A stretch of 55,140 nt of DNA from a virus (lineage: Duplodnaviria; Caudoviricetes). Shown here one piece after another: positions 19,006-29,391 of the stretch. Position numbers and translations under genes: made by a program. The DNA lies in the IMG/VR virus record IMGVR_UViG_3300009488_000001, positions 1-55,140 of that record. One strand, written 5' to 3'. The notes under the pieces were generated by a model, which saw nothing but the letters and a program-made list of their open reading frames with translations, searched no databases and was not told where the DNA came from. Each line of letters starts with the position of its first letter. The stretch's first letter is position 1.

Positions 19006-20802
19006 CTATTGTGCTAATAACAATTCAATTGCTGTTATCCTATCACTCAATGCTTTGTTCTCTTCGACCTGCATCCAATAATCAACTTCTAATATATCAA
19101 TTCTCTGCTCCAAGCTATATGTCCTTTCTTTTTCCTCCTGTAAATCCTTCCATAATAACGCAATAATAGTAGATGTAACAACGTGGTCCTTTAGTTCTCC
19201 TGTTTTTACGGGTTTCTTAATTACTGCTTCAGGAAATTGTGATTTTACTTCCTGCGCATTAAATCCATGATGTTTGCCTTCTCCATCTTGATTTTTATAC
19301 TTGAACTTAATTGGCTTGATGCATTTAGTTTTGTCACCTACTTCTCCAAGTAGTTCAATCTCTTCTTTCATGGTTGTATCTGACAGCGCTACCAGCTCAT
19401 TATAAAATACAGTATCGGCACTTACGCTTTCTTGTATAATTACATTCCCTATATTACCACTTGTTCCTTCAATCGTAAAGTATGGAAAGCTAGTGGTCTG
19501 AGTCAGACTGATAACAAAATCTTTGCTTGTTGCATCATTAAGATTTCCATTCTTAATAAACCAAGATTGTTCTGTTGTGGTTAATTCAATAGCCGCAAAG
19601 TTATCTGCTGCTGAATTATCTTCAATTTTCAATATTGGATCTTCATCTTTTATATGTAACAATTCATCAGGCGTAGTTTTAACCCCAAAATCTTCATACA
19701 CTGAAATATTAGCATTGTCATTAAACGTCATTGCTAGATTAGTAGCCGCCGTTGCTCCTGTCTTTATATCAGTTACTCCTTCGCCAGTATTTACTATCTC
19801 CCAATAATTATCAATGTCATTATCTACTCTTATATTACCTGTTACGTGGACGTTCCCATTTACTTCTAACTTTTCATCAGCAGCAAGTTCGTCTATTCCC
19901 AAATTACCAGCAATAGAACTGGGGTCTGTTCCTGATACTTCTAAATCTCCACTAACATCCAAATCATTACCAATAGTAGTAGTACCACCACTAGAGGTTA
20001 TGGTGCTGTTTACTTCTAGATCTGCTGACAATGTTAGTTTGTCTGTTGAGTAATCTATGCTAAACGGAATAGATTTAACTGCAACAGGAATATCTAGGCT
20101 CCGTATTAAAAATTGAGTTTCATCGCCTAATACATCCCATCCTGCTATGTTATTAGTAAATCTTATGGCTTGCGACCCAGAAACTATCGGCCTATCTAAA
20201 ATAAGGGGAACGAAGTTTGAATTAGTCAACTCAAGCTCAGAGGTGGTTATTTTGCCGCTTGTTACATCCAAATCATTCCCGATATTAACAGTGCTAGACC
20301 CAGAGCCTATATTGATATCAGTTGCATTTGATGTGTATAGGCTTGCTGTTGTTGCGGTGGTTGTTATATCGCCTCCATTAACAGCAATATCCCCGATAGT
20401 CATATTTTGAGCAGAAGTATTTCCATTAGTTAAGACATTGTCTATAGTTGGATTCCTTGCAGCCGTGTTTGCTGCAACATCTGTATTGTTGCCTACTTCA
20501 ACATCAAAATTGGTGATTTGTGTGGCATCATAATCACCACTTTGTGCCGTAACCACACCAGCGCGACCAAAAACACTAGTTACTAATTGATCTATCCAAT
20601 TAATTTGAGATCCAGTACTTGACAATACCTGTCCAGACGTTCCTTTATCTCCGTCCTTATCTTCAATTGCACCGTCAATCCCGGCATCATCCAAAACCCT
20701 AAGCCCATACACTACCTTACTGTACACAGTCGTAGAATCGGGTTGAGCTGTGCTAAAAAATGGCATACTGGCCAGTAATAAAATAAATAATAATTTTTTC
20801 AT
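19006..20802 (-). CDS. Tail fibre/spike with C-terminal peptidase S74 chaperone domain and N-terminal signal peptide
   Basis: SDTTMKEEI...IKPIKFKYK...GFNAQEV...FPEAV plus coiled coil; EKLEVNGN and ELLHI repeats; MKKLLFILLLASMPFFSTA|Q. Confidence 0.85.
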   Translation of the reverse strand: MKKLLFILLLASMPFFSTAQPDSTTVYSKVVYGLRVLDDAGIDGAIEDKDGDKGTSGQVLSSTGSQINWIDQLVTSVFGRAGVVTAQSGDYDATQITNFDVEVGNNTDVAANTAARNPTIDNVLTNGNTSAQNMTIGDIAVNGGDITTTATTASLYTSNATDINIGSGSSTVNIGNDLDVTSGKITTSELELTNSNFVPLILDRPIVSGSQAIRFTNNIAGWDVLGDETQFLIRSLDIPVAVKSIPFSIDYSTDKLTLSADLEVNSTITSSGGTTTIGNDLDVSGDLEVSGTDPSSIAGNLGIDELAADEKLEVNGNVHVTGNIRVDNDIDNYWEIVNTGEGVTDIKTGATAATNLAMTFNDNANISVYEDFGVKTTPDELLHIKDEDPILKIEDNSAADNFAAIELTTTEQSWFIKNGNLNDATSKDFVISLTQTTSFPYFTIEGTSGNIGNVIIQESVSADTVFYNELVALSDTTMKEEIELLGEVGDKTKCIKPIKFKYKNQDGEGKHHGFNAQEVKSQFPEAVIKKPVKTGELKDHVVTSTIIALLWKDLQEEKERTYSLEQRIDILEVDYWMQVEENKALSDRITAIELLLAQ

Positions 20803-20855
20803 ATTTGTTTTTTTAAATGTTTTTGCAAAGATAATATTATGTTAGATATAAACTA

Positions 20856-22196
20856 TTAAAATTGTTTATATGTTTCTTGAATATTGATATTTCCTCCGCT
20901 AATTGTGAAGTACAATGTTCCGCTTGAATTTATCTCGAATGGTCTTACATCTGATACACTTGACAATATAATATTATCAAACAATTCATTACCTGAAACA
21001 GTCGTGCCTATATCAACTATGACGGTCGCCCCGGATACCCATTCTAAAATAACATCATCTGAAAAAGCATCGGAAGGAATAGCGATTGATTGTGCACCCG
21101 TTACGTTTGTTAACGTTGATAATAAATCTTGCACAATGATAGTTCCGTTTTGTTTATAGTCGCCCTCAATATCTAAGTCGCCGTTTCCATCTAATTCAAA
21201 AGTTGTTGTTCCGGCATTATTTTTACCTTCAATAAGATTATCTGTATCTGTTCCTGATTGATTTTGAACCGTTAACAATCCAGATGTTTGATTATGGGTT
21301 AACCCGTCAGTAAATTCTAATCCTAATTCACCACTTCCAACTTGAGTTAATTTATTAGCTGCTCCTGCATATGTTCCGGGTGTATCTGTCATTCCCAGAA
21401 ATGTTCCAGTACCGCCACCTGTACCACCACCGCCAAATATTTGAAATCTCCAATCTATATAATCAACTAAATTACCAAAAGCATCCTCTGCCAATCGTGT
21501 TTTTGCTTGTACCGCATTAGTATAATTATCAGCAGTTTGAAATATTACCGTTGCGATAGCTGCAAATTCTTTAATTGGCAAAGGACTTAAAAGTAATTCT
21601 CCCAGTTCCGATCTTGCTCCAACTCTTGCATTCGTAATGCTTGAGTAATTATTTTGACCAACAATTATGCCAGACTTAATTCCAAGCGTATTAGATACAA
21701 GCAAATGAGCCAATACATAAGTATTATTTGTTGCTTCCGTTAACGACCATGAACCGCCAGACTCTTCATTCCATGCCACACGGCCTGTTCCAGTTGTAAG
21801 TACTGGAAATCCCGGATTTGTATCGCTCCTCCACGCTGACACACCATCACGATAAAATATCGTATATCCCGTTGTAGATGCAATTGCTGGAATAGAGGTC
21901 AATATATCTTGATTTCTTATAAGACCAGAATCATGCCCAAATTGTGCATCTGCATCTACATTACCCGATCCCTCTGTTTGTATATCAACAATATCTAATC
22001 CTTCAAGTATTTGACATTTATGAAAATCCCAAAGAGCAGCCCACGTATTCCCATTTTGATCGAATGTATGCCGCATATCATTGATATATATTATCGTATC
22101 ATTAACTGCATCCCAATACATTCTACCAATACCAGGGTAATTGGTATAAATATCTCTAACCTGAGCTTCTGTCAAATTAATTCCATCGGTTAACAC
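20856..22196 (-). CDS. Tail-associated protein, downstream part of a probable frameshifted gene
   Basis: Frame is open upstream into the previous ORF; GGGGTGGG linker; FLGMTDTP..Y.G fibre repeat. Confidence 0.65.
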   Translation of the reverse strand: MLTDGINLTEAQVRDIYTNYPGIGRMYWDAVNDTIIYINDMRHTFDQNGNTWAALWDFHKCQILEGLDIVDIQTEGSGNVDADAQFGHDSGLIRNQDILTSIPAIASTTGYTIFYRDGVSAWRSDTNPGFPVLTTGTGRVAWNEESGGSWSLTEATNNTYVLAHLLVSNTLGIKSGIIVGQNNYSSITNARVGARSELGELLLSPLPIKEFAAIATVIFQTADNYTNAVQAKTRLAEDAFGNLVDYIDWRFQIFGGGGTGGGTGTFLGMTDTPGTYAGAANKLTQVGSGELGLEFTDGLTHNQTSGLLTVQNQSGTDTDNLIEGKNNAGTTTFELDGNGDLDIEGDYKQNGTIIVQDLLSTLTNVTGAQSIAIPSDAFSDDVILEWVSGATVIVDIGTTVSGNELFDNIILSSVSDVRPFEINSSGTLYFTISGGNINIQETYKQF

Positions 22197-22243
22197 TCCG
22201 TCTAAATAATAAAAATCATGTGTCCCTTCAATGCCATCCCAGA

Positions 22244-23173
22244 TTAACGTATCTCCATCAGAATAGTTTTTAATCCATCTTGATAATTATAAAAACTATT
22301 ACCAGAAGCTGGAATGACTTTCATTGTTCGATTAAATGAAGTTGGGAAAATAATTGTATTGGTTGGGTCAGACCATCCTCTTACTGCATTTATTTCTGTA
22401 GTTATTTCTGATGGTACTATATCAACTATAATAGAACCAGAATCATTGTCTATTGTTTTTACTGCTCCAATTATTACAGCAAATTCTCCATTGTCAGGTC
22501 TTGTATTTGTTAATGTCCCAGGTATATCTGGTGAAAGATACAACAATAAATCAGGATCATATGTATCTGTATTTAATTCTTTTACTTCGCCGGATTTCGT
22601 AACATATCCTATTTCACCTATGCCGATATCATGAGTCACTACACCAACGAGGGTGCTCTTACGCCTTTCTTTTGCATCTGCTAATCCTATTGTAACTTTT
22701 CCATCTTCTACACCAGTAGGATATACTACAGAGCCATTAGTAATTGGATTACTTGTATTATTTTTAACTTGAATCCAACTTTCAAATCCTATGCTCAAAG
22801 CAATATCTGATTCCTCATTATGGAAAATTAAACTTCCATCTATTGAATCATAATAAAGTTTACCCTCATCCCATGTTAGATTGGATATATCTGTACTAAA
22901 CAATAGCGAATCTATTGGTACTCCTAATAAAAGAGCATTGTTTTCCAAATATTGCAAACTTACCACATCAGAGCCATTTATGGGATCAGTAGCGTTCATG
23001 TATTTATGAAGCCCCGGATTATCTAAATCTGGAACTATCATAGTATCTGGACTTGATAAACTGCCGGAATGCAGAAGGCTATCAACTCTCAGATATTCGA
23101 TTTTATCAAATTTTTGAGAATATCCAAAAACAGTTATAAGCAACAATAATGCTATTAATTTTAATTTTTTCAT
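22244..23173 (-). CDS. Tail-associated protein, upstream part, with signal peptide
   Basis: MKKLKLIALLLLITVFGYS|Q; I.NGSVVY, GYVT.SG.V, LYLS...PG.LT motifs of phage spike proteins. Confidence 0.65.
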   Translation of the reverse strand: MKKLKLIALLLLITVFGYSQKFDKIEYLRVDSLLHSGSLSSPDTMIVPDLDNPGLHKYMNATDPINGSDVVSLQYLENNALLLGVPIDSLLFSTDISNLTWDEGKLYYDSIDGSLIFHNEESDIALSIGFESWIQVKNNTSNPITNGSVVYPTGVEDGKVTIGLADAKERRKSTLVGVVTHDIGIGEIGYVTKSGEVKELNTDTYDPDLLLYLSPDIPGTLTNTRPDNGEFAVIIGAVKTIDNDSGSIIVDIVPSEITTEINAVRGWSDPTNTIIFPTSFNRTMKVIPASGNSFYNYQDGLKTILMEIR

Positions 23174-24336
23174 GATATATCGTTTAATTGAAACAGTACT
23201 TTTACTCTTAAAACAAATCCCGGATCTCCCGAAAATGTGAAATATATTCTACCCGAAGCGTCAAAACTATTACGGGTATTACTCATAATAGGAATTGGAA
23301 TTGTTGCGCTTTTATATATAATTGCCTCCCCTATTTCATCGCCTCCAATAGTATATCCCACTTTAACAATTGTCTGATCCGGTATTGATGAACCGGCGGC
23401 TAAAAATTGGATATTACTTGTTAGATACCCGGCAGGTTCTGCTATGTCAAAATTTGCCGAAATCGTATTGCTGTTAAATTCGTCATGCCATGCCATATCG
23501 TCTGTGCTTTCGATTCCTAAATTATCAACATTTATACCTATTGTGTTTTTTTCTGTTAATCCTATTGATACCTGAACAGATGTGCTACCCCCCACTATCT
23601 CCATTTCTGCACCATCTGGCTTGATATATTGAATATCGTTAATAGTAAATATATCAAGGCTGCTGGCAATGCCTAATTTTGTCGCTAAATAATCCGGGAT
23701 GACATCAGTTTGGAAAGTTCTACCACTAAAATAAGAGGCGGCAATAGTTGTTAAACTTTGTGAGCCTTCCAATATTTCATTATCATCAGTATCATTAGGC
23801 AATCTATCAACTGCCTCGATAAAGAAATCCATGAACTTACCAACGCTTGTCAATGCTGCCCAATCTATAAACCTATCGTCTAGGTCTGAATTATTTCTAT
23901 CTAAATTTGTGTATTTTACATATACTATCCGGCCTTTTTCTATGTCCTCGCTTATATCAGATGTAAAGATAGGCTCGCTTGTAAGTTCATCGGCTCCCTG
24001 TGTGGCTGTAAAATACACTGATTTATCCTGATAGGCTGCTGTTAATGTTACGACAAAATTAAACCAGTATCTTGTAGTATCTCCCACCACGCTCGATACA
24101 AAAGATGATACTATAGTTTGAATTAATGCCGGATCGAAAGCCTTTAATGTTACATCTGATGAATCTTCACTTGAGAACTGCAAATACACAACATGACTAT
24201 TAGGGTATTTTTGACAATACTCTTTAGTCGTAAATGCACCCTGAAATCTGTCTTTATGCAGCCGGTTATGTTTATTGGGATAAACTCCCGATAAATCTTT
24301 AAATGTTACACTATTTAATTTTGAATTAGCTAACAT
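23170..24336 (-). CDS. Tail tip/baseplate structural protein
   Basis: Position after the putative hub; beta-rich composition. Confidence 0.55.
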   Translation of the reverse strand: MLANSKLNSVTFKDLSGVYPNKHNRLHKDRFQGAFTTKEYCQKYPNSHVVYLQFSSEDSSDVTLKAFDPALIQTIVSSFVSSVVGDTTRYWFNFVVTLTAAYQDKSVYFTATQGADELTSEPIFTSDISEDIEKGRIVYVKYTNLDRNNSDLDDRFIDWAALTSVGKFMDFFIEAVDRLPNDTDDNEILEGSQSLTTIAASYFSGRTFQTDVIPDYLATKLGIASSLDIFTINDIQYIKPDGAEMEIVGGSTSVQVSIGLTEKNTIGINVDNLGIESTDDMAWHDEFNSNTISANFDIAEPAGYLTSNIQFLAAGSSIPDQTIVKVGYTIGGDEIGEAIIYKSATIPIPIMSNTRNSFDASGRIYFTFSGDPGFVLRVKVLFQLNDIS

Positions 24337-26461
24337 GTTTTTGAATTATAGTTATTACTGCTTCATCTTTTTTATTCTGTTTTTTAATATCTAAAACCCA
24401 TCCTATTGCATCATCTGATAGCTTTATGAGTCCAAGAGGATTAGTATTAAATGTTTCTATGTCCTCAAAATCAAATCTAACAGATACTGTGTGTTTTTCT
24501 GGAAGATAGATAGGGTCGTTTAAATCTGCCGCTATTATATCATCATTTTCAGTTATAGTATATCCTTCACCTGTTGTTTTTAATGTTTGCAATTTCCCTG
24601 AATTTTGAAATCTCAGCTTACTGGATTGAAATTTCTGAAATGCGCCTGAAAATCTATTACTTCCCCTTATTAAATTCCTAGATCCAGTGTTAAATAAATT
24701 TAAACTTCCCTCCTGGAACAAACTAGAGTTATCCTCGATTGTTATATTCTCATCTGTCTCAGCTTTCCAATCCTCGTTAGGCTCTGCACTTCTTTGTGAT
24801 TTGATTACAAAAATACTATTATCTTCTTTTTCGTCTTTTGTTCCGTCGCTTTTTATTGATCGTTCTAATTGAAGTGTGATGCCTCTAGTATCGCCCCTTA
24901 ATTTATCTACATTATTTAGTTTTGCATCTGTCTGTATTATGCTTGTTCGTAGATTTTTAGAATTGTATTCCCCTCTTCCGTTTATTGATTCATATGAAAA
25001 CTCCTCATATCCAGACTCTAAACTTAGATATGCCAATTCAGGCATTAATTCTGATTCAATGTCGTATTTATTAATTCTGTCAGATAAGTCTAAAACAATA
25101 TTGTTATCAAAGAAAAATGAGTATTCTTCAAATCTTATTCTTTCAAATCCTCCTATTGTTTCAAGTGTATATCCAGCATTCCACCGAACCCTTAAAGACC
25201 TTACATAATCTTCAAAACTTAAAGCTAAAGGGTTATTAGTATTTGCAAGCTCATCCCCGCGCAAATTTAGCCCCGACATAACAGATGCAAATTGTTTTTG
25301 ATCTTCTGATAGGTATACATCTCCATTTTGATTGTATGGGGTATCAAGCCTCCCAAAGTATTCTGAGTAAAACGGAAATTGAACGTCTAATATGTGCTGT
25401 GCCAATCTTTCTCCAATTTCATATATAGGGAATGCCTCAATGGTCACAGGTGTAGACGTTACAATAGCCTCTTGATATGTAATATTGACTCTTGTTATTT
25501 CAATATCATGCACCCCCGGAGGCGTGTCCTCATGCGCGCTCCCATATAATACTATTGATTGCCCAGATAATATATTTGTTGTTCTTGCAAATGTAATATT
25601 GATAATCCCTGAGCTATCTCTGTCGTCAATTCTTTGTATCCTAATATCAGAATCAACACTGTCATTATCGTTCAGAATTGCATATCTGAATTCAAACCAG
25701 CCATCATTTAGTTGCTCAGGTATATTTATATCTATCTCAATGCTTACAGTCAATGTCCGATCTTCTGTAGAGCTTAAAAAGAAACCCATCTCTTTGTGCA
25801 ATACTTGATTTGTATTGAAAACAGTTGAATGTGACTGTATACCAAAATCACTCAATATAACACTTTGATTTATTTCAAAAATCTCATCTGTGTCATTTAC
25901 CACCCATGTATTAGTATCTGAATGTTCCGCAGAAGCAAATGCATTTATTTCACCAAAGCGAAAATCTTTTAACAGGTTAGGATAATCAACAATATTATAT
26001 CCTCCTATTGAAAATAATTTAGTTATATCTATTGAATCTTTTTTCCTGTTATTTAGTTTAGTCTGAGTCGAACTATTAATCGCTTTAATCTGAACACCGA
26101 ATGCAAAATTTAAAACTTTGACTATCTTAAAGAAACTAAAATTAACTTTAAATCGGCTTGGCATTTCTATATACGCCCGTGTAGATTCTTTATACCATGA
26201 TATAACAAGTGTACATTCAGCATTAAAGCTAGATGATTCTTTCAATTCTTTTAATAGTTCTGCCCCATTACCTACGAATGTTAAACTATCAGATACAAAT
26301 GAACTAAACACACCCCCTATTTCTAATGATCGTTTAATACTTATTGAACCTTCTGCCCATTCCAACGGTTCCGGCTCACAAATTATATTGCGAGATTGAC
26401 TAAGCAGCTTAAATTGATACTTAGGCGGTGTGTTGCTCTGTATGTCTGAAGGCCATGTCAT
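24326..26461 (-). CDS. Tail tip/hub protein
   Basis: 711 aa directly after the tape measure gene; EP.EW....R...GV start, RFE...FF, NG..EYN. Confidence 0.6.
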   Translation of the reverse strand: MTWPSDIQSNTPPKYQFKLLSQSRNIICEPEPLEWAEGSISIKRSLEIGGVFSSFVSDSLTFVGNGAELLKELKESSSFNAECTLVISWYKESTRAYIEMPSRFKVNFSFFKIVKVLNFAFGVQIKAINSSTQTKLNNRKKDSIDITKLFSIGGYNIVDYPNLLKDFRFGEINAFASAEHSDTNTWVVNDTDEIFEINQSVILSDFGIQSHSTVFNTNQVLHKEMGFFLSSTEDRTLTVSIEIDINIPEQLNDGWFEFRYAILNDNDSVDSDIRIQRIDDRDSSGIINITFARTTNILSGQSIVLYGSAHEDTPPGVHDIEITRVNITYQEAIVTSTPVTIEAFPIYEIGERLAQHILDVQFPFYSEYFGRLDTPYNQNGDVYLSEDQKQFASVMSGLNLRGDELANTNNPLALSFEDYVRSLRVRWNAGYTLETIGGFERIRFEEYSFFFDNNIVLDLSDRINKYDIESELMPELAYLSLESGYEEFSYESINGRGEYNSKNLRTSIIQTDAKLNNVDKLRGDTRGITLQLERSIKSDGTKDEKEDNSIFVIKSQRSAEPNEDWKAETDENITIEDNSSLFQEGSLNLFNTGSRNLIRGSNRFSGAFQKFQSSKLRFQNSGKLQTLKTTGEGYTITENDDIIAADLNDPIYLPEKHTVSVRFDFEDIETFNTNPLGLIKLSDDAIGWVLDIKKQNKKDEAVITIIQKHVS

Positions 26462-29391
26462 TGTAATCTATTTGCGTAATTTTGTGAATAATTGCTGTCT
26501 CTACTTATTAGAGAAGGGTTCTGTCTTTTGTTCCTATTTATCGCCCTTTCTATTCTTTTTAATCCTTTTGCATTTGATTTTTGAAGAGCTAATGTATCAA
26601 AGTTGATAATATTTACATTATTCCCTCCTGACGCTCTCATTATTGCCTCTGTTTCTTTGTTGTTGTGAACAGTTGCGCCTTTGAATTTATTTCCTGAGAA
26701 CAACGTATCGGTTTCTGCCATATATGATTCCCCACCTTTTGTTATTACTAATTCCCTCGCTGCCATTCCTGTTGGTGAATCTCCTGCTATAAAGGTATCG
26801 GGTGTTCCTTTTTTACCTTTATGAAATTTAGGTACTTTTTGTGCTACAACCAATGCCGCCTGAACAGCCGCCGAGCCAATAACAAAGGGTATTTGAGCCA
26901 ATGCAAGTGGAGCCAATGCCGCCGTAAGAGGATTAGCTAATAAAACCGCCGCAGTTGCTTTTATTTTAAATACGGCTTCTGCCGCCTTTATTGCAATTCC
27001 TAGCAACGAACTTGTCTTTTCTGCTTTTGCCTGCTTAACTCTTAAATCGTTTTCCTTTTTTGCAAATTCTGCCTCTATTTTTGCCCTTTTGTCGGCATCA
27101 TCTCCGGCTATTGCTAGTTTTTTGTTTTTTTCTTCTTCTAATGCTATTAATTCATTCTCTCGACTAACCGCCCCAAATTCTGCGATTGCTTCAATTCCTC
27201 CTATTATCGCATCTCTCCGTGTATCTTGTAAATCCTGTTCTAATTCTTTTTTTGTCTCTGCCACTTCTTCTGCCAACTTAATACTTTCATCGGCAGCCTC
27301 TTTTTCTTCTTTCCCCTTCTCGTCCAGAAACTTTCTAGTTTGCTCTAAACTTTTTGCATCATCCTTAACTTGCTGTTCAAATTTTAAAGTATCAAGATCG
27401 GCGGCGGCGTTTAGTTCATCTTCTGCGAAATCTGCACTTTCCTTAAGAAATTCATCTGAGGCTTTTTTCTCCTCTTTTAATCTTTTATTTATTGATATTT
27501 TATCCCTTGCTTCTTTTTCTATTCTGACTTTATCGGCTGCGTCTATTTCTGCGTTGGCTGCCGCCTCTGCTGACAGTAGAAGTTGATCGTTTTGGTCTTT
27601 TCTTCTACTTACATATTCATCCCATAATGCAACGGACGATTTTAAATTAAACCCTAAATCCTGAAACTGTTTAAGTATTGTTTTTTCAAGGTCAATATCA
27701 AATTCCTCAAAATCAAATAAATCAAGCGTATCAAATACTTTTTTTGCCTCAGCTCCTAATTTTACAACATTAGCGGTAAATACCTGTGTTATGATATCCC
27801 CTCCACCTCTTATTTTATCTAAAAGACTTCCCGCTTTGTTTTCTACGGCAGTCATAGACGTGACAGTGTCCTTGAGTCCTTGTATTATCGCCCTGGCAAA
27901 TCCTGTTTCTCCAATAGAAAGTACAAAACCATCCCATGCACTTGCTAACAATACCATGTCGCCCGCCAAATTATCTAATTGTATGTCTACAATTCCCTGT
28001 AATTCATCTTCTACTCCGATTAATCCGTCCCTTAGCTTCTCCGCACTTTCAGCACCTTCTAAGAATCTATTAAAGGCGGCTACACTTCTCTTGTCTGTTA
28101 ATTCTAAAGTCTCATTAAGTGATATCCCGTCCTCTCTGAGTTTTATTAAGGCTGGAATTAATTCTTCAAAGCTACTTACACTACCGCCCAATGCCTTAGC
28201 TAATGTACCGCCTGAGTCGGCAAGATTTAATAGTATATTTCTGGTTGCTACGGATGCCTTATTTGCTTCAAATCCTGCATCTCTTAAATTGCCTAATAAT
28301 GCGACTGTTTCTTCAATTGAGAATCCAAACGCTTTGGCTACTGGGGCAACATTTGATAATGCCGCTTCATAATCCTGAAAGGTTAATGCACTTTTCGTGG
28401 TAGCTACTGCGAGAACCGAGGCCACTCGTCCTGATTCTGTTGCGTCTAATCCAAATGCCCTCAGTGCAGATCCTGCAACCTTTGCGGCGGTTGCTAAATC
28501 GCTTTCTGTTGCTGCCGCTAAGTCCAATATTGCCTCTGTAGATGCAAGTATTTCTGATTGCTCAAATCCTAATTTAGCTAATTCTTTTTGCAGTCCTGAA
28601 ACTTCTGAGGCCGTAAATTTGGTTACTCTTCCATATTCTAAAGATGCTTTTGTTAAATCTTTTATTCCTTCAACATTGGTTCTTAGTATTGCGGCGGTTT
28701 CTGATTGTGCTTTCTCAAATTTAACAATAGTACTAAATGAACTTTTTAATACTGCTGCGAGTGCTGCAACTCCACCCACCAATCCAAGAGCACCTAATAA
28801 TGATTTTGCACTTTGTTTGATGGCTCCACCATAATCTCCTACTTTGCGCTGACTCCTGCCCGTCTGTGCATCGAGCTTTTTTAACGCAGCATCTTGGCGT
28901 TTGATGGTTGCTGTTAATTCTTTTCCTCTTTTACTTGTCTCTCTCTCTGTTTCGCTTAATGCTTTAAACTTGGCTATATTCTTACTTAGAGATAGACTAA
29001 TGGCATTATATGAGCCTTTAAGTGCGCTATTTGCCAATACCTCCTGCCTTGTAGCTTTTGTAGATGCTTTCGCCGCCTCCGTTTTGGCAATAGTAGCCTT
29101 CTGTACTTGCTTGTATGCTGCTGTCACCTTTATTTCGGCGGCTTCCATTTGCTTATCTAGCTTGATAAGCTCCCGTGTTGTTGCGTCAAGTTTTTTAGCA
29201 GATTTATTATTTTCGGTTTGTGCTTTTTTAACGGTATCTATTGTTACACTAATTGACTTTAGGGACTCTACGAATTTCTGAGTCGTTACCAGCATCCCAT
29301 CGAGAATTTTGTCGGTAGTCTGGAGGGTTGTGTTAAACTTCTCTAGCTTAGTTATCTCCTTATCGCTCAGTATTTCGTTAATCTCCGGCAT
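26458..29391 (-). CDS. Tail tape measure protein (TP901-type)
   Basis: 977 aa, Ala-rich helical; R.VGDY, TKFTASEV...ELAKLGF, LDLAAA, DNLAGD...L.SAW. Confidence 0.95.
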   Translation of the reverse strand: MPEINEILSDKEITKLEKFNTTLQTTDKILDGMLVTTQKFVESLKSISVTIDTVKKAQTENNKSAKKLDATTRELIKLDKQMEAAEIKVTAAYKQVQKATIAKTEAAKASTKATRQEVLANSALKGSYNAISLSLSKNIAKFKALSETERETSKRGKELTATIKRQDAALKKLDAQTGRSQRKVGDYGGAIKQSAKSLLGALGLVGGVAALAAVLKSSFSTIVKFEKAQSETAAILRTNVEGIKDLTKASLEYGRVTKFTASEVSGLQKELAKLGFEQSEILASTEAILDLAAATESDLATAAKVAGSALRAFGLDATESGRVASVLAVATTKSALTFQDYEAALSNVAPVAKAFGFSIEETVALLGNLRDAGFEANKASVATRNILLNLADSGGTLAKALGGSVSSFEELIPALIKLREDGISLNETLELTDKRSVAAFNRFLEGAESAEKLRDGLIGVEDELQGIVDIQLDNLAGDMVLLASAWDGFVLSIGETGFARAIIQGLKDTVTSMTAVENKAGSLLDKIRGGGDIITQVFTANVVKLGAEAKKVFDTLDLFDFEEFDIDLEKTILKQFQDLGFNLKSSVALWDEYVSRRKDQNDQLLLSAEAAANAEIDAADKVRIEKEARDKISINKRLKEEKKASDEFLKESADFAEDELNAAADLDTLKFEQQVKDDAKSLEQTRKFLDEKGKEEKEAADESIKLAEEVAETKKELEQDLQDTRRDAIIGGIEAIAEFGAVSRENELIALEEEKNKKLAIAGDDADKRAKIEAEFAKKENDLRVKQAKAEKTSSLLGIAIKAAEAVFKIKATAAVLLANPLTAALAPLALAQIPFVIGSAAVQAALVVAQKVPKFHKGKKGTPDTFIAGDSPTGMAARELVITKGGESYMAETDTLFSGNKFKGATVHNNKETEAIMRASGGNNVNIINFDTLALQKSNAKGLKRIERAINRNKRQNPSLISRDSNYSQNYANRLQ

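Noticed and set aside
19006-24336. Diversity-generating retroelement or invertase switch acting on tail fibres
   Set aside because: No reverse transcriptase, invertase or template/variable repeat pair was seen.
27089-29281. Plus-strand ORFs within the tape measure gene, and similar ones opposite other structural genes
   Set aside because: Antisense shadows rich in Ser/Leu/Phe on the strand opposite clear structural genes.
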